A DNA stretch of 43,075 bases from a virus. Its lineage: Duplodnaviria; Caudoviricetes. Position numbers and translations under genes: made by a program. The notes under the pieces are model-generated. The model saw only the letters and a list, made by a program, of their open reading frames with translations. It was not told where the DNA came from and made no database searches. Positions 35,595 to 43,075 of the stretch are shown here, piece by piece (positions within the stretch are counted from its first letter, which is position 1; each line of letters starts with the position of its first letter). The stretch lies in IMG/VR virus record IMGVR_UViG_3300049924_000347, positions 1-43,075 of that record. One strand, given 5' to 3'.

Positions 35595-36386
35595 TCAAAA
35601 CATTCTCATCTGCCCGTTCTTGGGCTCAAAATTCATCCATAGAACCTCTTTCCGGGGCTTGTTGCTGTCGGTCTGGGCCTTGATAAAGGCGCGCCGCCAC
35701 CCTCCCAGCAGCTCGGAGTATAGCTCGGATTCATACCCCGACACCACCACCATCCCCTTCAATTCCTTGCAAGCCTCCAGCAGCTTGCGGTGGTCTGAAT
35801 CACTCATCTCAAGATAGTAAATCCGCTTGTTATGCCGGCTTTCCTGCATATACGGCGGGTCGATATAGTGTAGTGTCCCGGGCGAATCGTATGCGCGGGC
35901 AACATCCAGCGCGTCGCGGTTTTCAATCACCACGTGACGGAGCCGGGCGGTATATTGCCCGATCAATTCAGGCCAATTTGCCCATTGCCTTGCTAGGGAT
36001 AGGTGGATGGTGTTGCGGAACGTCCCATCCGCTGAATGTGGCGCGCCCCGGCGGCTCGCGAATGATTTGAAGATGACTTGCCGCGCCCATTCCACCTGGT
36101 CGGCCCTGGAGATTGGCGCGGCAAATTCGGCGCGGCTAAACGGGGTAAGCTCGCAAGCTGCTTTCAGCTTGGAGGCAGTTTCGGGGTTCCTCAACACCCT
36201 GAAAACATTGACTACGTCGCCAAAAAGGTCGTTGTACACCTCGATTTCGGCGGGATTTTTCCTCAGCAGCACCGAACCCGCGCCGCCGTACGGCTCAACA
36301 TATATCCGGTGCGGAGGGAAGTGGGCGGCTATCTGGGGGGCTATTCGCCACTTTCCGCCGTAGTATCTGAGGATGGGGCGTTTCAT
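35595..36386 (-). CDS. D12-class DNA adenine methyltransferase (Dam-like)
   Basis: YYGGK, YVEPYGGAGSV, YND and YIDPPY motifs. Confidence 0.95.
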   Translation of the reverse strand: MKRPILRYYGGKWRIAPQIAAHFPPHRIYVEPYGGAGSVLLRKNPAEIEVYNDLFGDVVNVFRVLRNPETASKLKAACELTPFSRAEFAAPISRADQVEWARQVIFKSFASRRGAPHSADGTFRNTIHLSLARQWANWPELIGQYTARLRHVVIENRDALDVARAYDSPGTLHYIDPPYMQESRHNKRIYYLEMSDSDHRKLLEACKELKGMVVVSGYESELYSELLGGWRRAFIKAQTDSNKPRKEVLWMNFEPKNGQMRMF

Positions 36387-37153
36387 TCTTCAATCATTTT
36401 CAGCAGTTCCTCAATCTTTGCCTTCAATTTCGGGCTATTCTGGGTGGTCTCCAGCTGCAGGATTCTGGATAGCCCCGTCCTTGCCCGATCGTGCAAGCCC
36501 ATGTGGATGTAATTGCGTTCGATTGCATCCACGATTCCGCTCAGGTTCTTGGCTCCCAAGGAATTGAACCCCTCCAATATGGATTCCTCCGTCTCATTGG
36601 CAAACGGATCGGGGCCTTCATTGGCCTTGGCTTTGAGGAATGCAACGGCAGCCTCCGTATTGGCAAACTCCAGCTCGCATCGCTCGTAATCCATCCGAAT
36701 GAGTAGCCGTTCCACCTGCCCGGCGGTGATCGGATTTTCATTCTGGTAGCTGTACGGCCAATCAATGTAGGTTAGCTTCCCGTCAATCTCCAGCACGCCG
36801 GAGCCTTCAAATGCTTGGAAGGCAACCAATTTGGCGGGCTTTTGCCGTTGGTACAGCCTCCACAGCACCGCGCCGATGTCGCTCGTGCCGTTTCGCGTCT
36901 TGGTGATTACGGCTCCATTGTCATCCAAGTACATTTCGCCGCCTTTAAAGCTAATCCACGCGGCCTCATTGCAGCGGTCCTCTTCCGCATCCATGGCATT
37001 GTGCCTGAGCCACTGGGCGAACCCGTGCAGTATGGCATAATCGGAGGCGATCCGCTCCTGCCGTGCATCAAAGTCGGCCTGATCCCGGGCGGCTTGGTCA
37101 CAGGCTGCATTTTCATCCCGGAGCGCGGGGTCGAAGGGTTCCATTTCTCTCAT
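36383..37153 (-). CDS. hypothetical early protein
   Basis: ATGA-coupled; N-half paralogous to 1040..1357. Confidence 0.75.
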   Translation of the reverse strand: MREMEPFDPALRDENAACDQAARDQADFDARQERIASDYAILHGFAQWLRHNAMDAEEDRCNEAAWISFKGGEMYLDDNGAVITKTRNGTSDIGAVLWRLYQRQKPAKLVAFQAFEGSGVLEIDGKLTYIDWPYSYQNENPITAGQVERLLIRMDYERCELEFANTEAAVAFLKAKANEGPDPFANETEESILEGFNSLGAKNLSGIVDAIERNYIHMGLHDRARTGLSRILQLETTQNSPKLKAKIEELLKMIEE

Positions 37154-37401
37154 TTTATCCTTGTTTCAAACCTATAGATAGCTTTTTTGATCCTTTCTGG
37201 CCTGAGATGGTCGATCATAAATGCAAAGCATACTAAATCGCCATTTATCCGCATGTATAGCAAAACGTTTGTAAACCCATCTTCTCTAGCTTGCTTTGCC
37301 TCACTTACCATCTCTTTAAAGTCTGCTTCGTTGCAATCTGGAGAGGCCGTGATTTGGAGGCAATTGCGGTCTGGGTATTTTTTTGTGCTGTAGCTTCCCA
37401 T
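37150..37401 (-). CDS. hypothetical protein
   Basis: Coupled to the downstream gene. Confidence 0.6.
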   Translation of the reverse strand: MGSYSTKKYPDRNCLQITASPDCNEADFKEMVSEAKQAREDGFTNVLLYMRINGDLVCFAFMIDHLRPERIKKAIYRFETRIK

Positions 37402-37451
37402 TGTGTTGAAAATATGCTGCCCCGGTCAGTCCCGGGGCAGCTGCTGGCAGT

Positions 37452-37817
37452 TCAAACAGCAGGGATAATTTCGTACACTTTCACGGGGTAGGGCTTGAAT
37501 TTGCCCTGTTTCATTATATTCGGGTGGCGGGTGATCTGATAGAGCTGGTCGGGGTTGTCCGCGATCCCGGACTCGTTCATGGCTTTGTCAAGGCTCGCAT
37601 CGGCTAAGATATTGTGCGAGCCTCGGCCGTCCTCTGTCGAGAGGCTGTAGTAAACAAAGCTGAAGGTCTGAACCGGGAAGCCGGTATTCCAGCCGATAAC
37701 GCTCCTGTCTTGCAATTTGAAGCAATTCGGGGTTCTTTTTACCCTGATGACCTCTCCCACGTTCATCTTGCGGACTTGGCTGGTGGGTGTTCCGGTGTGA
37801 TACTTAACTGTTTCCAT
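37452..37817 (-). CDS. hypothetical early protein (possible OB-fold/ssDNA-binding)
   Basis: First gene after P3; the fold guess is weak. Confidence 0.6.
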   Translation of the reverse strand: METVKYHTGTPTSQVRKMNVGEVIRVKRTPNCFKLQDRSVIGWNTGFPVQTFSFVYYSLSTEDGRGSHNILADASLDKAMNESGIADNPDQLYQITRHPNIMKQGKFKPYPVKVYEIIPAV

Positions 37818-37862
37818 TGTCTTAACTGTTTTTGATGTAAATCGATGTTTAATACTATGACA

Positions 37863-37947
37863 CAAAGATAAGCGGGTTATTTTGCTTTGTCAATAGGTAA
37901 GCCAAAATAATTTTTGCACTTTCTCGTAACTTACTTATAGTCACCGA
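37863..37947 (-). promoter_or_regulatory. Promoter module P3 with IHF-like box
   Basis: Minus TTGACAAAGCAAAATAACCCGCTTATCTTTG; box at the same offset as in P1 and P2. Confidence 0.75.
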
Positions 37948-37954
37948 TAAAATT

Positions 37955-40945
37955 TTACTGCCCCTTGCGGATTCGGTTGTTCCGGTTAGCCATTTCCACG
38001 GCTGCATCGAAGCCAAGCCCGCCGATGTAGATTGTCCATGTCGATTTCTGGAGAGCGTCGGACACCTGGTCGCCGATGCTTTGCCCGCTGGAGTAGGCTG
38101 CCAGTCCCGCGGGGGCGTTTTGTCCGTTGGGCATAGCCGATTGCGCGGCGGCGTTGGCTACCTTGGCCTCCTTTCGCTTGTCCGATGCCTTGAATACGCC
38201 TGAAATTAGGCCGGAAGCCCCCAACAGGGCAAGGCCTGTTGCCAGAAGATAGGGCGAAATATAGGCATAGGCGGGGTTCGTGGCTGCATTTAGCAGAGCC
38301 ATACCTGTCATTCTGGGAATCTGCACGGCCATTTCCCGCAGGGTTTTCCGCAGGATTTCGGCGGGGCTGCCCCCACTGGTCAGTGCCTCCCCGATGGCAA
38401 AGGCCATATCCCCGGCCATGCGTGCCATTTCCTGATTGACGGCTTGGCGGATGCTGGCAAAGAGTTCCTTTGTCTTCTTTGCTTGCTGCTCCAATAGGAG
38501 CAGTGCCTTGAACTCCGCATCTGTCATTGGCTGGATAAACCTGAATTTTAATTTTTGTGGATCTGGCTGCAATTCATCAAGCCAAGCATTTTCTTCCCGA
38601 ATGAATTTCTCCCTTATCCCGTCTATTTTATCAATCTCTTCGGAGATGATCATATTATAGGCGGAATAGGGGTTGTCGCCATATTTAAATGGATCGAAGG
38701 CGAAAGATTTAGGGTCTATTTTTTCCTTCTCTTTGGTACTACCGCCACCGCCGCCACCGCCGGACTCCTTTATTTTGTCGAGTATTTTCGACTCCCCAAA
38801 GAAATCATTTATCTCCTTCACGGCCTTCTGATAGTCGCGGGTCTCCACGCCCAAGCCCAAAAATTCGGCCTTGGCTTTGTTGGTCATCCCGGCCAATTTC
38901 GCCAATGTCTGGCGGGTCTCCTCACTGAGCGTCTTTACATTTTTCAGCTCGTTCACCAATCGCGTAGGCTCGTTCAGGGCGAAAATCTCCGAGCCATAGT
39001 CTCGCATGGTTTGGTATTCCTTTATGGAAGTGTTTTGCAACTGTTCCAACCGCCGCAGGTCTGCCTCCGTCCTGTTGAACTTCCCGTCGGCCACGTCTTT
39101 TTGCATTTTCCGCAGGCGGTCGGCTAAATTGTCGAAGCTCTCGGATTTGGCAAGTGCTGCCAATTCCGTGCTTGCATTCTGGATTTGGGCGACAGTCAGG
39201 CCGGTTTGCTTGACCAATGCCATTGTGTTCCCCTGCGTCTTGGTAATGAAGTCTGAAGTCACCTGCGTCAGGGTCTGCTCCTTGATTTTGAGCCGAATCG
39301 ATTCCATCAAAGAGGCGTTCAGCTTATCCTGCGCGATCTTGATTTCCTCAAGGCTGCTTTTGTTGGTTAGCAGGTATGGAAGATACTCTTTATATTGAGT
39401 ATTAATGGCTTGGATGGTCTCTTTGTACTCATTTGACCCCTTGTCCAGGGTCTTGAGTTTGCCGAAAAGCACCTCCGAATTGGCGGCCTGCTTGCCGTAT
39501 TCCTCGGCGATTTGGCGGGAAACCTCGTTCTGGATCTTCTGCTTGGCGGTCAGTTCCTCCGTTTTTTGGGTCAGGAAGTACACCGCCGTCCCGATAGCTG
39601 CAATGGCTGTGAGGGCCAGCCCCCACGGGTTACTGTTCATCAAAATAGAAAAGGCCTTCATTGCCCCTGCGGCCTTGTTCGTTGCCATGGAATAGGCAAT
39701 TTGGGCGGCTTCCAGAGCCTCCACGGCTGCCTTATAGGCTCGCATAATCGCCGGCCCAATGCCAACCACAAAATTATAGGCCACCATCGCTTCCTTGGCG
39801 AATCCTATGGCTATGGAAAGCCCCTTGATTGCAACCGCCGCCCCTGCCATGGCTGCTATGGCTCGGATCAAATTCTGGTGCGATTTGATGAACTCGGGCA
39901 AGGCCAATCCGAACTGAACCATTGCCCGGATGGTCGGGAGCAAGGCCTCCCCGACGGAGCGGAGCGCATTTTTGATGTTCCCCCGCAGGGTGGAAAGGAG
40001 GCCTTCGGTGGACTGGCTCATTTTGTCCATCATGCCATTGAACTTGCCGCCCTCCCCTGTCATATTAGCCAAGGCTTGCTTGAAATCCTGCGAGCTTAGC
40101 AGATTCTGCTCGGCCATTTTCTTTACCTGTAGCGCGGTCAGGCCGTACATTTCCCCCAGCTCCCGCAGGACGTTGATCCCGCGCTCCTGGAATTGATTGA
40201 GGATGTCGTTTTGAACGATCCCGGCCCCCATGGCTTTCCCGTAGGCAACAGAAAGCTCCTGAAAATTCGCTCCCACCCCGGCGGCAATGTCCCCTACCAT
40301 GGTCAGGTCTGGAATAAGGTCAGCTTGGGCTATCCCCAAGCCCAGCAACGCCTTGGCCGATGCGTTCACCTCGTCAGGCTCGTAGGGGGTGACGTCGCTA
40401 AACTTGGTCAATTCGGCTAAGGTCGTTTTGGCAAGGTCGGCGTTGCCTAGAAATACCTCAAATTGGGTGTTCAGGCTTTCATAGCTGATTGCCCCGCCGA
40501 TGGCTTCACGGCCAAGGGCTTTGATACCTTGGAACACCTCACGCATCCCCAAGGCAAGCCCTGCGGCGGCGAACATCTCCTTGAAAGAGGCGGAGATGCT
40601 GCGGCCTTTCTTGGCTGTCACGGCCTCGGTTTCCTTTACCTCCTTCTGGAGGTCTTGGAGCGGCTTCGGGTCGAACGCCTTTTCGATCGCATCATCGATC
40701 CCCGCCACGCTTGCGCCGATGCTGTCGGCTTGGCTGTCCGTCACGCCCGCGGCCTTCCTCAGCTCGGCCTCGAAATTGGTCACGGCGTTCGTGCTGAACG
40801 CCTCCAATATGGCTGCATTTACGCCCGCAAGGCCGCTTTTCAGCATTTGCGCGCCCGCGAGCGTCACCTGCACGGCGCGCTTCATGTCCGCCTCGAATTG
40901 GGCTAATCCTTCTGCTTTGAGGTTAATGCCTAAGTCTGCACTCAT
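37955..40945 (-). CDS. tape measure protein
   Basis: 996 aa helical Ala-rich protein; TPYE, GDIAAG, NQFQERGI and STEGLLSTL tape-measure domain; follows the chaperones. Confidence 0.93.
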   Translation of the reverse strand: MSADLGINLKAEGLAQFEADMKRAVQVTLAGAQMLKSGLAGVNAAILEAFSTNAVTNFEAELRKAAGVTDSQADSIGASVAGIDDAIEKAFDPKPLQDLQKEVKETEAVTAKKGRSISASFKEMFAAAGLALGMREVFQGIKALGREAIGGAISYESLNTQFEVFLGNADLAKTTLAELTKFSDVTPYEPDEVNASAKALLGLGIAQADLIPDLTMVGDIAAGVGANFQELSVAYGKAMGAGIVQNDILNQFQERGINVLRELGEMYGLTALQVKKMAEQNLLSSQDFKQALANMTGEGGKFNGMMDKMSQSTEGLLSTLRGNIKNALRSVGEALLPTIRAMVQFGLALPEFIKSHQNLIRAIAAMAGAAVAIKGLSIAIGFAKEAMVAYNFVVGIGPAIMRAYKAAVEALEAAQIAYSMATNKAAGAMKAFSILMNSNPWGLALTAIAAIGTAVYFLTQKTEELTAKQKIQNEVSRQIAEEYGKQAANSEVLFGKLKTLDKGSNEYKETIQAINTQYKEYLPYLLTNKSSLEEIKIAQDKLNASLMESIRLKIKEQTLTQVTSDFITKTQGNTMALVKQTGLTVAQIQNASTELAALAKSESFDNLADRLRKMQKDVADGKFNRTEADLRRLEQLQNTSIKEYQTMRDYGSEIFALNEPTRLVNELKNVKTLSEETRQTLAKLAGMTNKAKAEFLGLGVETRDYQKAVKEINDFFGESKILDKIKESGGGGGGGSTKEKEKIDPKSFAFDPFKYGDNPYSAYNMIISEEIDKIDGIREKFIREENAWLDELQPDPQKLKFRFIQPMTDAEFKALLLLEQQAKKTKELFASIRQAVNQEMARMAGDMAFAIGEALTSGGSPAEILRKTLREMAVQIPRMTGMALLNAATNPAYAYISPYLLATGLALLGASGLISGVFKASDKRKEAKVANAAAQSAMPNGQNAPAGLAAYSSGQSIGDQVSDALQKSTWTIYIGGLGFDAAVEMANRNNRIRKGQ

Positions 40946-41340
40946 ACCGGCGAATTTACGGAATTACGCCGCTTCCTTAGTGCTTCCATCTCCAGCTCGG
41001 CTAAGCGGTTCATCTGCTCGCGATCCTCGATCGTGAATTGCGGGCCCTCCTCGTGCTGTTTGGCGCGCTCAATGACAGAATGCACCGAATCGTTCCCCTT
41101 TAGCGCGCCCTGACCGTGGAAATACCACGTGGCCGCGACGTTGATTAGCGTATAGAGGTTGCCCATCCCCTCAATCACAGGGCGGCGCGCCTCCGTCTCA
41201 AGGCTTGCGGCCTCGGTCACCATAGCCGACCTTACGAGGTCGTTTTCCCAGATGCTCGCCCATTCCGGGCTGCCCACGGCGCAATTTCCCGCCCGGGCGA
41301 CGGCTAACGCGTCCCGGAGTCGGCTGGTTCGTTTTTTTCG
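40942..41340 (-). CDS. tail assembly chaperone, frameshifted extension (gpGT-like)
   Basis: The -1 frame is open from the slippery site (KRTSRLRDALAVARAGNCAVGSPEW...) to a TGA overlapping the tape measure ATG. Confidence 0.75.
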   Translation of the reverse strand, partial: RKKRTSRLRDALAVARAGNCAVGSPEWASIWENDLVRSAMVTEAASLETEARRPVIEGMGNLYTLINVAATWYFHGQGALKGNDSVHSVIERAKQHEEGPQFTIEDREQMNRLAELEMEALRKRRNSVNSPV

Positions 41341-41843
41341 TCTTGCCCCGTCCTTAGCTCGGCCATGGCTTTGTTGATGGCTTCCATGTACTCGGGCTTG
41401 CTACCAATTGCCCGCGCCACGTCCTTCACGGCGGCGGTCTCCAGTGCCTTCCCTTCCATGTCTGTTAGGCTAAGCGCGGCCTGGTAGTGGAAAAAATTGG
41501 CGATTTTGTACATGGCTACGGCGTGGTCCTGCTTTGTCTTAAGCTGACCAATACCCAACAAGTCCACCACGGGGGAGAGGTCCACCGATTCGCCGCCTGC
41601 CTGCCCGGTCGTGGCCTTCCACTGCTGGATTTCCACCTCGGAGACGGGCAATGTGGCGTAATCGGATGGCATTTGAGCCATTTCGGCGCGTGCATCTGCC
41701 TCCAATAGCTGTTTGATGTGGTTGTAATCGGCTGGCGTGAGGTGCCGGAGCTTAAATTCAGCACCGGACAATGTGACCGTGGGTAGGCTGTCCTTGACAG
41801 CCCCAAGGAAGAGGTCAAAGGATGATTTTGCGGGTGTTTTCAT
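41304..41843 (-). CDS. tail assembly chaperone (gpG-like)
   Basis: Upstream of the tape measure gene with a slippery site; TATATTTG 4 nt before the ATG. Confidence 0.8.
   Translation of the reverse strand: MKTPAKSSFDLFLGAVKDSLPTVTLSGAEFKLRHLTPADYNHIKQLLEADARAEMAQMPSDYATLPVSEVEIQQWKATTGQAGGESVDLSPVVDLLGIGQLKTKQDHAVAMYKIANFFHYQAALSLTDMEGKALETAAVKDVARAIGSKPEYMEAINKAMAELRTGQDEKNEPADSGTR
41331..41337 (-). other. programmed -1 ribosomal frameshift site A AAA AAC
   Basis: XXXYYYZ heptamer in the correct phase near the chaperone 3' end. Confidence 0.8.
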
Positions 41844-41875
41844 TCTGCAAATATAGGCGGTTATTTGGCAAAAAC

Positions 41876-41910
41876 GAAACCGCCCCCCGCTATGTGGGGG
41901 CGGGTTTTTT
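41876..41910. other. GC-rich hairpin between divergent tail operons
   Basis: AAACCGCCCCCC-gctatg-TGGGGGCGGGTTTTTT. Confidence 0.5.
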
Positions 41911-41956
41911 GATTCCCGCAAGCTAAACTTGATAATTTTTTGTGCATCTTTGCCCC

Positions 41957-42511
41957 ATGCACGGGCGGTTAATCTCAGATTTTGTTCGGTTCCGTTTTTA
42001 TGATCGAACCGGCGCGGTCACTCAGTGGGGGACGGACACCGGGAATTACATGATGTTCACCAACGAGGAGGTGTCGGTCGTGATCGACAACCTCGGGCCG
42101 ACCACTATTGAATTTCAGACGTTTAGCGGCAATGCGGCCTATATGCCAATCCCTGCCGCCAGGGCGGTGACACTGACGGTGGAGACGGTGGCGGCGGCCA
42201 CGCGGTACAAACTAGACAGGCTCAATTACTGCCTGTCGCAGGGCTACAGGGTGGAATTCTGGCTGCCGAATGGGAACTACCTCTACTCCACAGCGGTAAA
42301 GGATATAGCCGAAATCATGCTGCATTTCACGCATGCGAGCATCATATATGAAGGCGACGGCGAATCGAGCCGCCAGGGATTCCGGGGCCACGGCCTGATG
42401 AACCGGGCGACCACCACCATTACGGTTAAGGAGGGCGTTTACCTGACCGTGCCGACCTCCACGGATATAGGGATAGTGACGCCCCCCCCAGACGATCTAC
42501 CGATAGACTAA
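41957..42511 (+). CDS. putative distal tail/minor tail protein
   Basis: 184 aa beta-rich; CATCTTTG 4 nt before the ATG; upstream of the junction-spanning virion gene. Confidence 0.45.
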   Translation: MHGRLISDFVRFRFYDRTGAVTQWGTDTGNYMMFTNEEVSVVIDNLGPTTIEFQTFSGNAAYMPIPAARAVTLTVETVAAATRYKLDRLNYCLSQGYRVEFWLPNGNYLYSTAVKDIAEIMLHFTHASIIYEGDGESSRQGFRGHGLMNRATTTITVKEGVYLTVPTSTDIGIVTPPPDDLPID

Positions 42512-42514
42512 GAT

Positions 42515-43075
42515 ATGCCGTACGACAGCTATATTGATTTTCAGGCCGCGCAATGGAACGCCCTTGCGGATGTGGCTGATGCTGAGATGAACAACGAGCT
42601 AGTAAGGTTAACCGACCTTGCTACAGCCATGGCAGCCTATGAAGGCGGCTTTAGCCAGTCCACGCCCATCCCGACCATCACCACCATCACCGGATCAATC
42701 AATGTCGCCCGCGTGGCCAAGGTGAACGCAATCAAAATTGACGGGGAATTGCAGCTGTCCACGGTGTCATCCGTCACCTGGTACAGCGGCGCGGCTGTCC
42801 CGGGCGAACTCTATATTTTTTGCCTTGCAAGCATTGCTCACAGGATCAATCTGGTAAGCGGTTCTAATCTCAAGGTGGCGGGTGATTCGCTCCTTCTGGA
42901 GAACGAGGACAGCGCGGCGGTGTTCGTGGTGGCCCCGTCGCTTGCCCTTGTGGAGGTGGGGAGATACCCGATGCGCTCGGCTGCACAGGGGATGCCTTCT
43001 GTTTTTGAGTATGTCACCGGCACCTCGCTCCGGCTGTCCGGTGGGATCGTGCGGACGGCTAAAATAGGCTCGGAG
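42515..43075 (+). CDS. 5' part of the junction-spanning putative tail protein (continues to 720)
   Basis: MPYDSYIDFQAAQWN... is open to the window end and in frame with 1..720. Confidence 0.7.
   Translation, partial: MPYDSYIDFQAAQWNALADVADAEMNNELVRLTDLATAMAAYEGGFSQSTPIPTITTITGSINVARVAKVNAIKIDGELQLSTVSSVTWYSGAAVPGELYIFCLASIAHRINLVSGSNLKVAGDSLLLENEDSAAVFVVAPSLALVEVGRYPMRSAAQGMPSVFEYVTGTSLRLSGGIVRTAKIGSE
42893..43075. repeat. Terminal direct repeat, right copy
   Basis: Matches 1-183 with one substitution. Confidence 0.95.

Noticed and set aside
42893-43075. 183-bp repeat as a true T7-like physical terminal repeat
   Set aside because: It falls mid-gene with no flanking signals; circular-assembly overlap is more parsimonious, but reads are needed to decide

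Overview
The window is an apparently complete, circularly assembled ~42.9 kb tailed dsDNA phage genome; positions 1-183 repeat at 42893-43075 with one mismatch. It is siphovirus-like: terminases, portal, MuF-like head protein, prohead protease, capsid and cement proteins, tail tube, tail chaperones with a -1 frameshift, and a tape measure protein. The host is most likely a Bacteroidota bacterium, judged from many TAnnTTTG promoters and DUF4494-like genes. It encodes RecT/YqaJ, a DEDDh exonuclease, a lambda-O-like initiator, its own beta sliding clamp, ParB-N, and three DNA methyltransferases, one of them frameshifted. I recognised no integrase, DNA polymerase or endolysin. Most unusual: (1) an origin-like element, (TTCG)n plus AAGT-N3-GGAA-W3-TTCC-N3-ACTT palindromes, occurs twice, inside the initiator gene and as a 31-bp-phased non-coding array in front of the capsid operon; (2) three promoter modules with identical geometry and an IHF-like box drive accessory cassettes that interrupt the tail genes; (3) clamp-binding-like motifs sit on RecT and two methylases in a genome with its own clamp; (4) a catalytically degenerate MazG-like gene lies near an ASCH gene; (5) several small paralogue families are present. 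All family assignments come from motif recognition by eye; no database searches were run.
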